64,000 bases of DNA from a virus (taxonomy: Duplodnaviria; Heunggongvirae; Uroviricota; Caudoviricetes; Demerecviridae). This document shows positions 48,024 through 58,155 of this stretch, in pieces (within the stretch, counting starts at the first letter, position 1; each line of letters starts with the position of its first letter). Made by a program: the position numbers and the translations under genes. Under the pieces are notes generated by a model. That model saw only the letters and a list, made by a program, of their open reading frames with translations. It made no database searches and was not told the DNA's origin. The DNA is taken from the IMG/VR virus record IMGVR_UViG_2706795139_000001, one strand, 5' to 3'.

Positions 48024-49836
48024 ATTAATTGAGAATTGCAAAGGTCTGCTCACTCTAACTGCGGATAAGGACTTACAGCATAATAATGCTAATAAGCCTA
48101 GTGAGATGTTCCATACTCAAAGAGACTTATTGGCCGGAGAAATCAACAAATATTTAGTATCGCAGGAATTACCCAAACATCTATTAGACGCCCATAATCT
48201 AGGTAAGATACACATTCATGATATGGATTACAGGGCGCAGGGGTACACTAACTGTTGCTTAGTAGACCTTGGTGGCATGCTGAAGAATGGTACTAAAATT
48301 GGTAATGCAAATATTGAAACTCCTAAATCCATAACTACTGCATGTGCAATCACTGCTCAGATTATTGCCCAAGTATCTGGTGCTCAGTATGGTGGCACCT
48401 CTATTGATCGTATCGACGAGGTTCTAGCCCCGTATGTCAGAAAGTCTTACAATAAACATCTGGGTCGTGGGCTACGTTGGCTCAAGGATGAAAGAAAAGC
48501 TGCTGTGTATGCTACTGAGCTTACTGAAAAAGAGTGTTATGATGCATTCCAAGCTCTAGAGTATGAAACTAATTCATTATTTAACTCTAATGGGCAGACC
48601 CCTTTTGTTACGCATGGCTTTGGATTAGGTCAGGAGTGGGAGGAAAGGATGATTCAGAAAGCCATCCTCCAAAATCGTATTAAAGGTTTAGGTGCTGCTG
48701 AGTCAACCCCTATCTTCCCTAAACTAGTATTCTCAGTTAAAGAAGGGTTAAATAAAAATCCAGGCGATCCTAACTACGATATAAAACAGCTAGCACTTGA
48801 GTGTTCTGCTACCCGTATGTACCCAGACTATTTAAGCTATGAGAAAGTTGTAGCTGTTACTGGTGATTTTAAAGCCCCTATGGGTTGTCGTAGCTTTTTA
48901 TCTGCTATCCCCTCCGGAGAAATTGCAGGGCGCAATAATTTAGGTGTAGTGTCTATTAATCTACCTATGGTTGCTGCTGAGGCAGATGGGGTTTTTGAAG
49001 ATTTCTGGGATATTCTGGACAAATATGTGGATGAGGCTTTTGAAGCTCATGATTTTTTCTTGGATAGACTTAAGAAAGTGAAGGCTAAACAAGCCCCTAT
49101 TCTTTATATGCACGGTGGTTTTGGTGTGCGTTTAGATGGGGAAGAGTATGTATGGCCTATTTTTGAGGGTAGATCTTCTGTATCTCTTGGATACATTGGG
49201 GTCTATGAGATGTGCCAAATAATGTTTAGTCTACCACAAACCCATAGGGATTGTATTGAATTTACAGAAGAAGTTCTTACTCACCTAAAAAATCGTTGCG
49301 AAGTTAAAGCTAATGAGACTAATCTTGGATTTAGCTTATACGCTACCCCTAGTGAGTCTCTATGTAATCGTTTTAATAAATTACTAGAACGTAGATTCCC
49401 AGAGTATTCTTGGTTAACAGACAAAGGCTATCTTACTAATAGTCACCATTTGGACGTAAGAGAGAAGGTAGCCCCAGATACTAAATTTGAGTACGAAGCT
49501 CATTTTACCAAAATAGCTAATGGTGGTAATATATCGTTTGTGGAATTACCACAAATGAAAAAATTCCATAAAGCTCTTGAATACGTAGTAGATAAGGGAC
49601 TAGAGTGTAGCCATTATATCGGTGTTAATATACCGATTGACGAGTGTTTCAACTGTGGATATATGGGTGAATCTATTGCCTCTGAGCGTGGGTTTGTATG
49701 TCCAAGTTGTGGGTCTGAAGAAATAGAGGTTACACGTAGGGTTTGCGGGTACCTGGGATCCCCGGGCAGTAGGCCTTTCAATTCTGGGAAACAAAAAGAA
49801 GTGCTTGGTAGAGTAAAACACTTAAATCTTAAGTAA
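48010..49836 (+). CDS. nrdD: anaerobic ribonucleoside-triphosphate reductase
   Basis: C-terminal Zn ribbon CxxC..CxxC and glycyl-radical RVCGYLG; 608 aa. Confidence 0.85.
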   Translation: MTENELIENCKGLLTLTADKDLQHNNANKPSEMFHTQRDLLAGEINKYLVSQELPKHLLDAHNLGKIHIHDMDYRAQGYTNCCLVDLGGMLKNGTKIGNANIETPKSITTACAITAQIIAQVSGAQYGGTSIDRIDEVLAPYVRKSYNKHLGRGLRWLKDERKAAVYATELTEKECYDAFQALEYETNSLFNSNGQTPFVTHGFGLGQEWEERMIQKAILQNRIKGLGAAESTPIFPKLVFSVKEGLNKNPGDPNYDIKQLALECSATRMYPDYLSYEKVVAVTGDFKAPMGCRSFLSAIPSGEIAGRNNLGVVSINLPMVAAEADGVFEDFWDILDKYVDEAFEAHDFFLDRLKKVKAKQAPILYMHGGFGVRLDGEEYVWPIFEGRSSVSLGYIGVYEMCQIMFSLPQTHRDCIEFTEEVLTHLKNRCEVKANETNLGFSLYATPSESLCNRFNKLLERRFPEYSWLTDKGYLTNSHHLDVREKVAPDTKFEYEAHFTKIANGGNISFVELPQMKKFHKALEYVVDKGLECSHYIGVNIPIDECFNCGYMGESIASERGFVCPSCGSEEIEVTRRVCGYLGSPGSRPFNSGKQKEVLGRVKHLNLK

Positions 49837-49843
49837 GCTAATC

Positions 49844-49878
49844 AGCCAGGTTGCTAGTCGACCTGGCTTTTATTTTAT
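49844..49878 (+). terminator. terminator GCCAGG..CCTGGC + T-run
   Basis: hairpin after nrdD. Confidence 0.6.
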
Positions 49879-49907
49879 TTGCTTTCAGCTAAAAATATAT
49901 GTATAAT
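49879..49907 (+). promoter_or_regulatory. T5-type promoter TTGCTT-17-TATAAT
   Basis: sequence pattern plus ATAAATTTGAGAGGAG leader. Confidence 0.6.
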
Positions 49908-49935
49908 AGATTTATAAATTTGAGAGGAGAAAGCT

Positions 49936-50217
49936 ATGAGAGAGTTGCTTCCTAAAGTAGATGTCTCCCATCTTGGAGAGCCTAGTGAAGAACGTAAGGC
50001 TCTAGATTGGTTGGGTGGATTTGATTATCGTCGTGTTGTTGCAACATGGAATGATAAGAAAGTTAAGAAGTTTCGGGTACATTATGTAGGTAAAGACAAG
50101 TGGCTCTGGATTGATTATGAAGAATCGAAGGGGTCTACTAAGGCTGTGAAAATTTATTGTATGTATGGGTATTATTATGCTCACTGTGACAAGAATGAAT
50201 TTACAGTACAGAACTAA
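49936..50217 (+). CDS. hypothetical protein (93 aa)
   Basis: ORF track. Confidence 0.45.
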   Translation: MRELLPKVDVSHLGEPSEERKALDWLGGFDYRRVVATWNDKKVKKFRVHYVGKDKWLWIDYEESKGSTKAVKIYCMYGYYYAHCDKNEFTVQN

Positions 50218-50226
50218 GGAACAAGA

Positions 50227-50430
50227 ATGAAAAACGTAAAACACCTTAAATATCGCTTAATTTACAACGGACGTATGGAAACAGAAGACCTAGCTCAATT
50301 AGCTATTAATTCTAATGAGGTCACGGTACGTGCGTTAGCTATTGAAAAGTTGCGGGCTTCTTATGAAAGTCGTATTATGGAACTAGAGGAGAAACTTTAT
50401 GGCATTCTCGAAGCCGATGCTACCAGATAA
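50227..50430 (+). CDS. hypothetical protein (67 aa)
   Basis: ORF track. Confidence 0.4.
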   Translation: MKNVKHLKYRLIYNGRMETEDLAQLAINSNEVTVRALAIEKLRASYESRIMELEEKLYGILEADATR

Positions 50431-50788
50431 GGGTTTAAACGCCGCTTTGGAAAACGCATTAATGCAGCACTGGTTCTCTGTCAGGAATGAGATGGAGAAC
50501 GTTCAGATTATGACCGGATTAGATCTTATCGATCGTTTTCTTGGTACAACGGATTTTACTGGTGGTGGGCTATCTAGGGGTAATTCTGTTCTTCGCTTCG
50601 TTGAAAAGCATAAGCTCAAACATTGGTGTGTGCTGGATGATGCTGGTGCTATGATGTATCAGTACCCAACGGTTATAGTCAACGGTAGAACTGGAATAAA
50701 TCTTCAAGATTTAAGAGCTGTTAGCTATATGCTAGAATTTAGCCCAGATCTTGAAATGTGTAAATCCTTACAACAATTTAAGGTGTAA
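50399..50788 (+). CDS. hypothetical protein (129 aa)
   Basis: ORF track. Confidence 0.45.
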   Translation: MAFSKPMLPDKGLNAALENALMQHWFSVRNEMENVQIMTGLDLIDRFLGTTDFTGGGLSRGNSVLRFVEKHKLKHWCVLDDAGAMMYQYPTVIVNGRTGINLQDLRAVSYMLEFSPDLEMCKSLQQFKV

Positions 50789-50790
50789 AT

Positions 50791-51219
50791 ATGTTCAATA
50801 ATGTATTCTCTAAAGAAGCTAACCCAATTTTGGTTAACTTTTGGCGTACTCTCCCGGCTAGCCTGTATAATGAGGCTATTAATGCTCTGAAAATATGGTG
50901 TGAAAATAATGAAATCTCCTTTGCTTTTAAAGATGATATTGATGAGGCCCCCTGTATTGGTTTAGTTGTGCAGGTAGAGGATGGTCTTGAAGAGATTGTG
51001 GGCTGGAAAGAGTTGGATGAAATGGGGCTGGTTTTTGCATTAAACTATAAGCTATTTATGCCCAATAAACACCGTATTGTTGTTAACTATAAAACCAGTG
51101 AATCTCCGGGCTTTCAAGTTAATGAACATTACGGTTGGTCTTACTCACCGGAAGAAGTAAATGATGGTATCCAAAAACTTCGTCGTTTTGGTTATCAAAT
51201 TCCCGGTTTAACTGCCTAA
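50791..51219 (+). CDS. hypothetical protein, paralog A of tandem pair (142 aa)
   Basis: shares W..ELDEMGLVFALNYKLF..PGL with the next ORF. Confidence 0.5.
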   Translation: MFNNVFSKEANPILVNFWRTLPASLYNEAINALKIWCENNEISFAFKDDIDEAPCIGLVVQVEDGLEEIVGWKELDEMGLVFALNYKLFMPNKHRIVVNYKTSESPGFQVNEHYGWSYSPEEVNDGIQKLRRFGYQIPGLTA

Positions 51220-51228
51220 GGGGACACA

Positions 51229-51621
51229 ATGGAACAAGTATATTGGCGTCAGATTGATCCTAGTTTGGTGAATCGTGCGGAGAAGCTGCTACAACGTTGG
51301 TTGGGGGTAAGACAAGCCTCCTTCACTTTTCCAGAGCAGCAAATAGATGATCCCTGTGTTGATGTTTTCCTATCAGGCTACGCTAGGGAATGGGAATTGG
51401 ATTGGAATGAGTTGTCTGCTATGGGTTTAATTGTTGCCCTAAATTTCTCTTTGTTCCATCCACGTGGTTTGGCCATATGTCGTGTGCCTGATGACGGTTG
51501 TTCGCCCCATCTTTTACAGGTGGAAGATGATATTTGGGAGTACACTCCAGATATTCTCAAAGAAGCCAAAGAACAATTAAACCGTGTTGGAATTTATATT
51601 CCAGGCCTGAATGATGAATGA
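51229..51621 (+). CDS. hypothetical protein, paralog B of tandem pair (130 aa)
   Basis: W..ELSAMGLIVALNFSLF..IYIPGL. Confidence 0.5.
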   Translation: MEQVYWRQIDPSLVNRAEKLLQRWLGVRQASFTFPEQQIDDPCVDVFLSGYAREWELDWNELSAMGLIVALNFSLFHPRGLAICRVPDDGCSPHLLQVEDDIWEYTPDILKEAKEQLNRVGIYIPGLNDE

Positions 51622-51760
51622 TTTTTATTAGCTGAAATTTGTAATCCGGGCTATTAGTGCTCGGATTATTACATAATCTTTCCAGTCGATTGACAGTCAA
51701 AATAAAATGTCGTTGACAATTTGGATGGATTATGTAATAATATATGTATTGGAGGTGAGG

Positions 51761-52213
51761 ATGTCATTCACACAGCAAGAACTTTTAGATAACTTCCGAT
51801 ATGAAGATGGTAAGTTATTTAGAACTACAGGAAGAAATGCAGGGAAAGAATGTTGTGTTTCTACGGGTAACGGATATTATCGTATATCTCTAGGGAATAG
51901 GACTATGCTTCGGCATAGAGCAATATTTTTAATGCATCATGGATACTTACCTGATTTAGTAGATCATGTGAATACTATAAAAGGTGATGATCGTATTGAA
52001 AATCTTAGAGAGCAGACAGTGTCCGGTAATCTAAGAAATATCAAATATAAGAAAGGAATGCATGTTTACCCTTCTGGTAGTAAGAACTGGCAAGTAGTAT
52101 TTACTATTAACCGTAAACGTATAGTTAAAGGAACATATGACAACTATGAGGTTGCATGTTCTATGGCCAAGATGTTTAGAGGTCAATTATACGGTAGGGA
52201 ATCAATCCAGTAA
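51761..52213 (+). CDS. HNH homing endonuclease (start moved to MSFTQQ, GGAGGTGAGG RBS)
   Basis: VDHVNTIKGDDRIENLREQT. Confidence 0.7.
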   Translation: MSFTQQELLDNFRYEDGKLFRTTGRNAGKECCVSTGNGYYRISLGNRTMLRHRAIFLMHHGYLPDLVDHVNTIKGDDRIENLREQTVSGNLRNIKYKKGMHVYPSGSKNWQVVFTINRKRIVKGTYDNYEVACSMAKMFRGQLYGRESIQ

Positions 52214-52221
52214 AATTTCAT

Positions 52222-52424
52222 TTGCAAGGGAGTATTATTTTATAGTATAATATTCCCATAAATGAGAGACATTAGTAAAAATTGATTTTGCTAATTTTTC
52301 TCTATGTTCAAAGACACTGGTAGCAGCCCCGGGAAAAATTTACTTGCATGATGCCCAAAATCTTGATATAATATTTATATTGAATTGAGAGACATTAGTA
52401 AAAATTGATTTTGCTAATTTTTCT
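52222..52424 (+). promoter_or_regulatory. two tandem promoter + 38-bp conserved-leader units (promoters 52222-52251 and 52344-52372; repeats GAGAGACATTAGTAAAAATTGATTTTGCTAATTTTTCT at 52264-52301 and 52387-52424)
   Basis: TTGCAA-18-TATAAT and TTGCAT-17-TATAAT each followed by identical 38-mer; no ORF downstream for about 450 bp. Confidence 0.55.
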
Positions 52425-52869
52425 TGTTTACAATCCGCGATACGGAACAGTTAGGCTGCCCCATTAAGGGTTGTTTTAACTATTACTAGTGTTTATATTG
52501 CATTAGTTAATCTTCAATTAAGTGATCTGTGTACCCTGAATTCGGAAAGGTAAATCCAAACCGTGCATATTTAGCTCGTTATATAGGCAGAGCTTTATAT
52601 GGGGGTGCGAACGAAAAGAGCAGCGAATGGCGGCACGTACAGTAGTCACCTACCAATAGGATAGTGAGGACAAATAGAATCGGCTTAGCGGCCAATGACC
52701 TAGGTTCTATTCTGTATAAGAGCGAAGAGAGCACAGCACTGAGATATGATAACTTATTCATATTGTTTGATGATAATTGATGTTTACGTAAATAGTAGTA
52801 ATAGTTGTTCTATTCTTTCTGAATAGTCCTAAAGAAAACTTATTTCATTTCCAACACAGGAGTATTGTT

Positions 52870-55659
52870 GTGTTTTCAATCCTACAAGGTCATGCAGGAT
52901 TTCATCGCGATTTAGCCACAGGCAATTGGCGAGAAATCAAAGCGGAAGATTATACCTTTGCCAAGCGATTCTCGAAAGAGCATCCAGAAGGTAAACCAGC
53001 TTCTATGCCCTTCAAATTTGATGTAATAGAAGAGCACGACCCACAAAGCCTGGCCGAAATGTTACCCCTTATGAGACGTTTAACGTCTGACCCTCATATC
53101 GTTGCGGTACGAGGTCGATGTCTTGCACCTAAAAATAATGTGCGGCGTAAGAAAGGTAACTTTAATGTATCTAATCCTAGTAATATTATTGCTATGGACG
53201 TGGATGGTATCCTAGATACCGGTGGGTACGACAAATTTAATCTTGTTGGTATGGCCCGCCACATTATTAAGATGTTGAATAGTATTAGTGAGGATATGTT
53301 TCCTCTTAATGCAGGCTTTATAGCTCATGCATCGTCTTCGGCTGGGCTAAAACCAGGTATCCGAATGCACTTAATGCTAGAATCTAACGTCAAGGTAACT
53401 CAGGGTCAGCTAAAGTTCTTATTTACATCTATCAACGATAGTAGTAAGCAAAAATTTGGTTTTGATATTGCCGACCTAGCTTATTATTCATCTGTCCAGC
53501 TCCACTATTTTGCCGACCCCTTATTTAGCGATGGTATTGTTGATCCGTTTAAAGCGGAGAGTAAGCCACGTCTGGTGTATGTTAAAGGTTCGAAAGTAAA
53601 TTTGCCCAATAATCTGGTTGACTATGAAACAACTAGAGGGGAGTTTAAGGAAGAGTTTTATTCTTTACTTGATCAAATTAAAGGCAAAAAGATTGCTTCT
53701 GATAAAGTAGAAGAAACCATCAGCGAGTTAGAAGAAGCTGATGATGGAGTGTATTTGCGTATTATCCCCAAACTATACCATAGGGCATTAGAGGATGGTG
53801 TTGATTTTGCATGGCTAGAACGTGAGATTAAACCAGCTTTATCTGAATATATTGCAACTAAAGATAACAGTCGTAACATTCAAGATTACTTTAATAACGG
53901 TCGTAAGCAGGCTCTCAAAGCGTTTGTTAATAATTCTAAACGTGAGATTCCATTAAATCTGAAAGGTGTTCCACTTAAGAAATTAGAAGTGGATTCTCCA
54001 CCAGAAGTTCCATACCTGAAGATTAACATTGTGCCACCAAAAGGCCATATAACATTTGTTAAGGCAAGTCTTGGTACTGGTAAAACTACGGCAGTAACTA
54101 AATGGCTGGACGCAGGTGTTCTTCCGGGCAACTTTTTAGCAGTTACAAATACTAGAGCACTGGTATCTTCAAATGCCAAGAAATTTAGTGCAGGACAATA
54201 CGATAAGTCTGTAGATATGCTCAACTTTAAACGTGGAGCTATTGATCGTATGTCCACAACTATTCACTCTTTGCATAAGTTCAAAAGTTTTATTGGTCAA
54301 ATAGACACCATTTTTATTGACGAATGTGACGCTGTAATGAATGATCTATTATTCGCCCCTGTTGTTAAACAACGCCGCGAGTGTATTCAAGTTCTACGTG
54401 ACATCCTCATGACAGCTAAGACTGTAATTTTATCCGATGGTGATATTAGTGCTGAGACGATTGAAGCATATGGTTCTCTAATTGATTTTGATAAACCAGT
54501 AGCATTTTATAATCATCACCGTAAAATGCTGTCAAAAGCTCATGCTTATGAGTTCCCTGACGAATCCAGTATTTGGGTTGCACTTCAGACTTCTCTAGAG
54601 ATGGGTGAGAAATCTATTCTAGTATCTGATTGTGGCCCAGATGAGCTGAATGAGAAAGGTATGGCATTACGTCGTAATACTGGTGCGTTAGTTAAAGAAA
54701 TCCATTCAAACTCCACTTCAGATGTGGATATTCGACGTATTCTGGATTACACGACTAATGAGCTAATTGATCAACAAATTGATTGCTTATTATGTAGTCC
54801 ATCCGTAACGAGTGGTGTTGACTTCAATTACTTTGATAACGTATTTGTTATTACTAGAACTAGTAATCAAGCGCCAAACATGCGTTTTCAAGCAATCAGG
54901 CGCGACCGTGGTGCTCAGAATATCTATTATTTTATTGATAAATCCACTAGTGGGTTCTCCGCAGGTTCTGAACAATATAATATTGATGAAGGTTGGCTGG
55001 AGTTAGCACAGCAATTATATGCACGTCGTAGGGAATTAGAATCTAGGAACTATACTAGTACCTTACGTTATTACTTGCTTGATCAGGGTGCAACTATTGA
55101 TATTTTCAGTGAAAGCTGGGGAACTATTGAAGGTGCTGGTAAAGAGTACACAGAAGAGCGAATAAAAGCTATTCTGCACTCAACTCCTGATTATTGTGCT
55201 CCACGTCATGCGGATGCGTATGAAGCTAAACTACTTCTTGTTCGCTATTATCATCTTGAGTCTATTAAAGATGTAACAGTTGAGCATGTTGAACAATATA
55301 TCAAAGATAAACCGAATGATCGAGCTGCATTCTTCCATAAGATGCACGAGATGTTCTGGGAAGATATTAAGAAGTGTTCAAACGTCACTATCAAACCATT
55401 CATAGAAGCTCTGAAAGGTAAGAAGAAAGATTTCTTCCTTAAAACAGGTCAGAGTGCTAATCCAAAATATGCTAGAATGTATCTTGGTATGATGGGTATT
55501 GGTAAGGATATGAACACTGAAAATATCGTAGACTGGTATAGAACCTACTGCAAAATCGAATGTATGCCGATTCCTTATAAGTTTATGACTGATGAGGAGA
55601 AACATATGCATGATGAAGCAATGTCAGAGCTAGGTGCTAGAAATGACAGTGAAGAATAA
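52870..55659 (+). CDS. SF2 helicase-like ATPase, candidate replication-origin-binding protein (929 aa)
   Basis: Walker A KASLGTGKTTAV, Walker B IFIDECD; AGGAG RBS; GTG start. Confidence 0.55.
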   Translation: MFSILQGHAGFHRDLATGNWREIKAEDYTFAKRFSKEHPEGKPASMPFKFDVIEEHDPQSLAEMLPLMRRLTSDPHIVAVRGRCLAPKNNVRRKKGNFNVSNPSNIIAMDVDGILDTGGYDKFNLVGMARHIIKMLNSISEDMFPLNAGFIAHASSSAGLKPGIRMHLMLESNVKVTQGQLKFLFTSINDSSKQKFGFDIADLAYYSSVQLHYFADPLFSDGIVDPFKAESKPRLVYVKGSKVNLPNNLVDYETTRGEFKEEFYSLLDQIKGKKIASDKVEETISELEEADDGVYLRIIPKLYHRALEDGVDFAWLEREIKPALSEYIATKDNSRNIQDYFNNGRKQALKAFVNNSKREIPLNLKGVPLKKLEVDSPPEVPYLKINIVPPKGHITFVKASLGTGKTTAVTKWLDAGVLPGNFLAVTNTRALVSSNAKKFSAGQYDKSVDMLNFKRGAIDRMSTTIHSLHKFKSFIGQIDTIFIDECDAVMNDLLFAPVVKQRRECIQVLRDILMTAKTVILSDGDISAETIEAYGSLIDFDKPVAFYNHHRKMLSKAHAYEFPDESSIWVALQTSLEMGEKSILVSDCGPDELNEKGMALRRNTGALVKEIHSNSTSDVDIRRILDYTTNELIDQQIDCLLCSPSVTSGVDFNYFDNVFVITRTSNQAPNMRFQAIRRDRGAQNIYYFIDKSTSGFSAGSEQYNIDEGWLELAQQLYARRRELESRNYTSTLRYYLLDQGATIDIFSESWGTIEGAGKEYTEERIKAILHSTPDYCAPRHADAYEAKLLLVRYYHLESIKDVTVEHVEQYIKDKPNDRAAFFHKMHEMFWEDIKKCSNVTIKPFIEALKGKKKDFFLKTGQSANPKYARMYLGMMGIGKDMNTENIVDWYRTYCKIECMPIPYKFMTDEEKHMHDEAMSELGARNDSEE

Positions 55660-55876
55660 AAAATGGGAAACAAGGAAGTTTCCAGTAAAAGAACGTAAAG
55701 TTCCTGTTTATGATACTTCGGAAAAGCTATGTAGGGTGGTTCCTGCTAGACTAGCTGGTATCCCTAACATATCCGAGTGGTTACTTAAACAACGGAGGAC
55801 TAACGTATCCCTTCGCATAGGGTTTGAGTTAGATAAAGTATATGCTGAGCTTTCTTCTTTGCTCAAAGAATCATAA
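55634..55876 (+). CDS. hypothetical protein (80 aa)
   Basis: ORF track. Confidence 0.35.
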   Translation: MLEMTVKNKKWETRKFPVKERKVPVYDTSEKLCRVVPARLAGIPNISEWLLKQRRTNVSLRIGFELDKVYAELSSLLKES

Positions 55877-55885
55877 AAAATTTAT

Positions 55886-55914
55886 TTGCTTTCAGGAAAA
55901 ATTTTCTGTATAAT
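55886..55914 (+). promoter_or_regulatory. T5-type promoter TTGCTT-17-TATAAT
   Basis: sequence pattern plus leader ATAAATTTGAGAGAGGAG. Confidence 0.6.
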
Positions 55915-55945
55915 AGATTCATAAATTTGAGAGAGGAGTTTAAAT

Positions 55946-56650
55946 ATGGCTGGTTCTCGCAGAAAGAAACATATCCATGAAATCCCGGATGAAGTCTTTA
56001 AAAAAGTTATAGAGCATCTGGAAAACGGTGGTACTAAGAAAGCAGCATGCGAAATGCTCGGCGTATCATCCAACCCAACTATGGAAAGGATGATAGAAGA
56101 GTGGCAAGACCGTCAGATCCAAGTTGCCGAGATGAAGAAAAAGAAACGTGGTACACTCATTGAAGGTATTGAGTTGGCCAACGTTATTGAACAGTATCTA
56201 TCTGGTGATTCTTTTGAAGAGATTGCCGATCGTAATTACCGCTCCGTAGCAATGGTTAAATCTGTTCTGGAACGCTATGGTGCTCTGCTTCGTTTGAACG
56301 ATATTGTAGATCCATTGAATCCACCAATTATTCCTGATGATGCTGTAGCAGAAGAATTTGAGGTAGGTGAGCTTGTTTGGGTTCCTGGATACCAGTGTAT
56401 CGGTGAAATCAAAAAAGCAATGGATAACCCTGTTGGTTGTTACCGTGTATGGCTTCTATCAGAAGGCAAACAACAGAACGTTCATTATATGAATTATGAG
56501 TTGGCTTCTGTAAAGCATTTGGAAAAGCTAGGGGTAGACGTAAAATCTCTGGGGTACAAGTGGACTCGTGAAGAAGTTATTACGTTGATTAACGAAGCTG
56601 TTAAGGCTGCCCTGAAACTTGATAAAGAAAAAGGAAAACGCCGTGAGTAG
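55946..56650 (+). CDS. HTH DNA-binding protein (234 aa)
   Basis: N-terminal GGTKKAACEMLGVSSNPT helix-turn-helix-like. Confidence 0.5.
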   Translation: MAGSRRKKHIHEIPDEVFKKVIEHLENGGTKKAACEMLGVSSNPTMERMIEEWQDRQIQVAEMKKKKRGTLIEGIELANVIEQYLSGDSFEEIADRNYRSVAMVKSVLERYGALLRLNDIVDPLNPPIIPDDAVAEEFEVGELVWVPGYQCIGEIKKAMDNPVGCYRVWLLSEGKQQNVHYMNYELASVKHLEKLGVDVKSLGYKWTREEVITLINEAVKAALKLDKEKGKRRE

Positions 56651-56879
56651 ACTAACTGACTTACTTAAAGATGGGGAAGTAAAATATCTCCAGCGGGATA
56701 GCTGGGAAAATAATAAAGAGTATACTGTATTATTGAAATTTGACGTATACAGCAATACTGTACGCCAATACGTGTGGATGCCTTCAGATACTACGCTGCT
56801 GCCTAGTGATGAAGAGGTTGAATTAACACTAGACGAAGCTCTAGCGGATGATTGGGAGATTGTTGAGCTAGATGTGTAG
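56619..56879 (+). CDS. hypothetical protein (86 aa)
   Basis: ORF track. Confidence 0.4.
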   Translation: MIKKKENAVSRLTDLLKDGEVKYLQRDSWENNKEYTVLLKFDVYSNTVRQYVWMPSDTTLLPSDEEVELTLDEALADDWEIVELDV

Positions 56880-56899
56880 CAATTACCGAAAAATTTCAG

Positions 56900-56928
56900 T
56901 TGCTTAATCCTACAATTCTTGATATAAT
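56900..56928 (+). promoter_or_regulatory. T5-type promoter TTGCTT-17-TATAAT
   Basis: sequence pattern. Confidence 0.55.
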
Positions 56929-56985
56929 ATTCTCATAGTTTGAAAGAACTATTCTGTTTAATTCTTAATTAAGGAAATATAAAAT

Positions 56986-57396
56986 ATGACTACTCCAACT
57001 CAGTGGACTGATGAACTGTTCGAAAAAATGTCTTCCGAATACGTTGCTCGTATGGAGCAATTCCCAGAGGATGAACGTCCGGGTGTTAGCATGGAAATTG
57101 TTAGCGAAATTGCCCAGGAAAATGGTGTAACTCCGAACGGTTTTCGTATGAAGCTGACTAAAGCAGGTTTGTATATCAAGAAAGCTGCTGGCTCTGCTTC
57201 TAAATCTAGCGCATCTACTGGAGAAAAAGCTTCTGGTGGTTCTCGTACTTCCAAAGCCCAAGCTCATGCCGATCTTCGTTCAGCATTCTCTGATGCTGGC
57301 CTAGCACCAGATTTTCTGGATGATGCAATTATCGACAAACTGACCGGTAAAGCAGCTGCTCATCTGGCAGAAGCAATCCGAGCTATCACTAAGTAA
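56986..57396 (+). CDS. hypothetical protein (136 aa)
   Basis: ORF track; codon usage like highly expressed genes. Confidence 0.5.
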   Translation: MTTPTQWTDELFEKMSSEYVARMEQFPEDERPGVSMEIVSEIAQENGVTPNGFRMKLTKAGLYIKKAAGSASKSSASTGEKASGGSRTSKAQAHADLRSAFSDAGLAPDFLDDAIIDKLTGKAAAHLAEAIRAITK

Positions 57397-57432
57397 TTCT
57401 TAGATAAATCCACCAACACAAGGAATACAGTT

Positions 57433-57729
57433 ATGACCAAAGCTGAAATTATCGCACAATGTGAAAAATTTGGTGAGTTTTATCTTCATTACGAGAAACT
57501 TCGTCAGAAAGGAACCACGTACCTTCAGGGTACAATGGAATTTGATCCAGCCCAAGATAAATATCTGGCTGAGCGTATTAAACGTGAACGTATTCGTAAA
57601 GCGAAAGATGATGAAATCCTTGTCTTCTCTCGTACTAATGATAGCTTCCGTTTCATTCCTGTTGCGAAAGTTCGCCGTGTGACGAGCCTCCAGTCAGAGT
57701 TAGATCGTGCTTCTCCAGTAGGCCGATAA
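57433..57729 (+). CDS. hypothetical protein (98 aa)
   Basis: ORF track. Confidence 0.5.
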   Translation: MTKAEIIAQCEKFGEFYLHYEKLRQKGTTYLQGTMEFDPAQDKYLAERIKRERIRKAKDDEILVFSRTNDSFRFIPVAKVRRVTSLQSELDRASPVGR

Positions 57730-57779
57730 GAAACCAATTAGCCCCTATATGGGGCTTTTTGTGTATTTGGGATATGTAA

Positions 57780-58088
57780 ATGAGCGATCAGGTAAATCAA
57801 AACTATGAAGGACACGTTGACGACCAGTCCATCATGCTTTGGGAGAAGGAGGGAGAACAAGTAAGACTAACCGTATCTGAATTTCGTGGGAATCTATACA
57901 TGGGAATTCGTTACTGGCTCCAAGATATTACTGGAGAGTGGTTTCCAACGAAATCCGGCTTCTCTTTTCCTTATACCCTAGAAACTACGTCACAGCTATT
58001 CTACGCTTTTACGCAAATCCTCAGTGAATCCGAGGTCTTGCATGAAGTACAGAAACGAGCTGAAGAACTCAAAGCCAAGAATGCCTAG
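57780..58088 (+). CDS. hypothetical protein (102 aa)
   Basis: ORF track. Confidence 0.5.
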   Translation: MSDQVNQNYEGHVDDQSIMLWEKEGEQVRLTVSEFRGNLYMGIRYWLQDITGEWFPTKSGFSFPYTLETTSQLFYAFTQILSESEVLHEVQKRAEELKAKNA

Positions 58089-58101
58089 TTCTTGGCTTTT
58101 T
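58073..58101 (+). terminator. terminator GCCAAGAA..TTCTTGGC + TTTTTC
   Basis: 8-bp stem and T-run. Confidence 0.6.
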
Positions 58102-58115
58102 CTTTATAAATGTAC

Positions 58116-58144
58116 TTGCTTTCGACTCAGTTTTCATATATAAT
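58116..58144 (+). promoter_or_regulatory. T5-type promoter TTGCTT-17-TATAAT
   Basis: followed by ATAAATTGATGAGAGG leader. Confidence 0.6.
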
Positions 58145-58155
58145 ATTTATATAAA

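Noticed and set aside
48010-52213. nrdG (anaerobic RNR activase) downstream of nrdD
   Set aside because: No ORF with a CxxxCxxC radical-SAM motif was found in the window.
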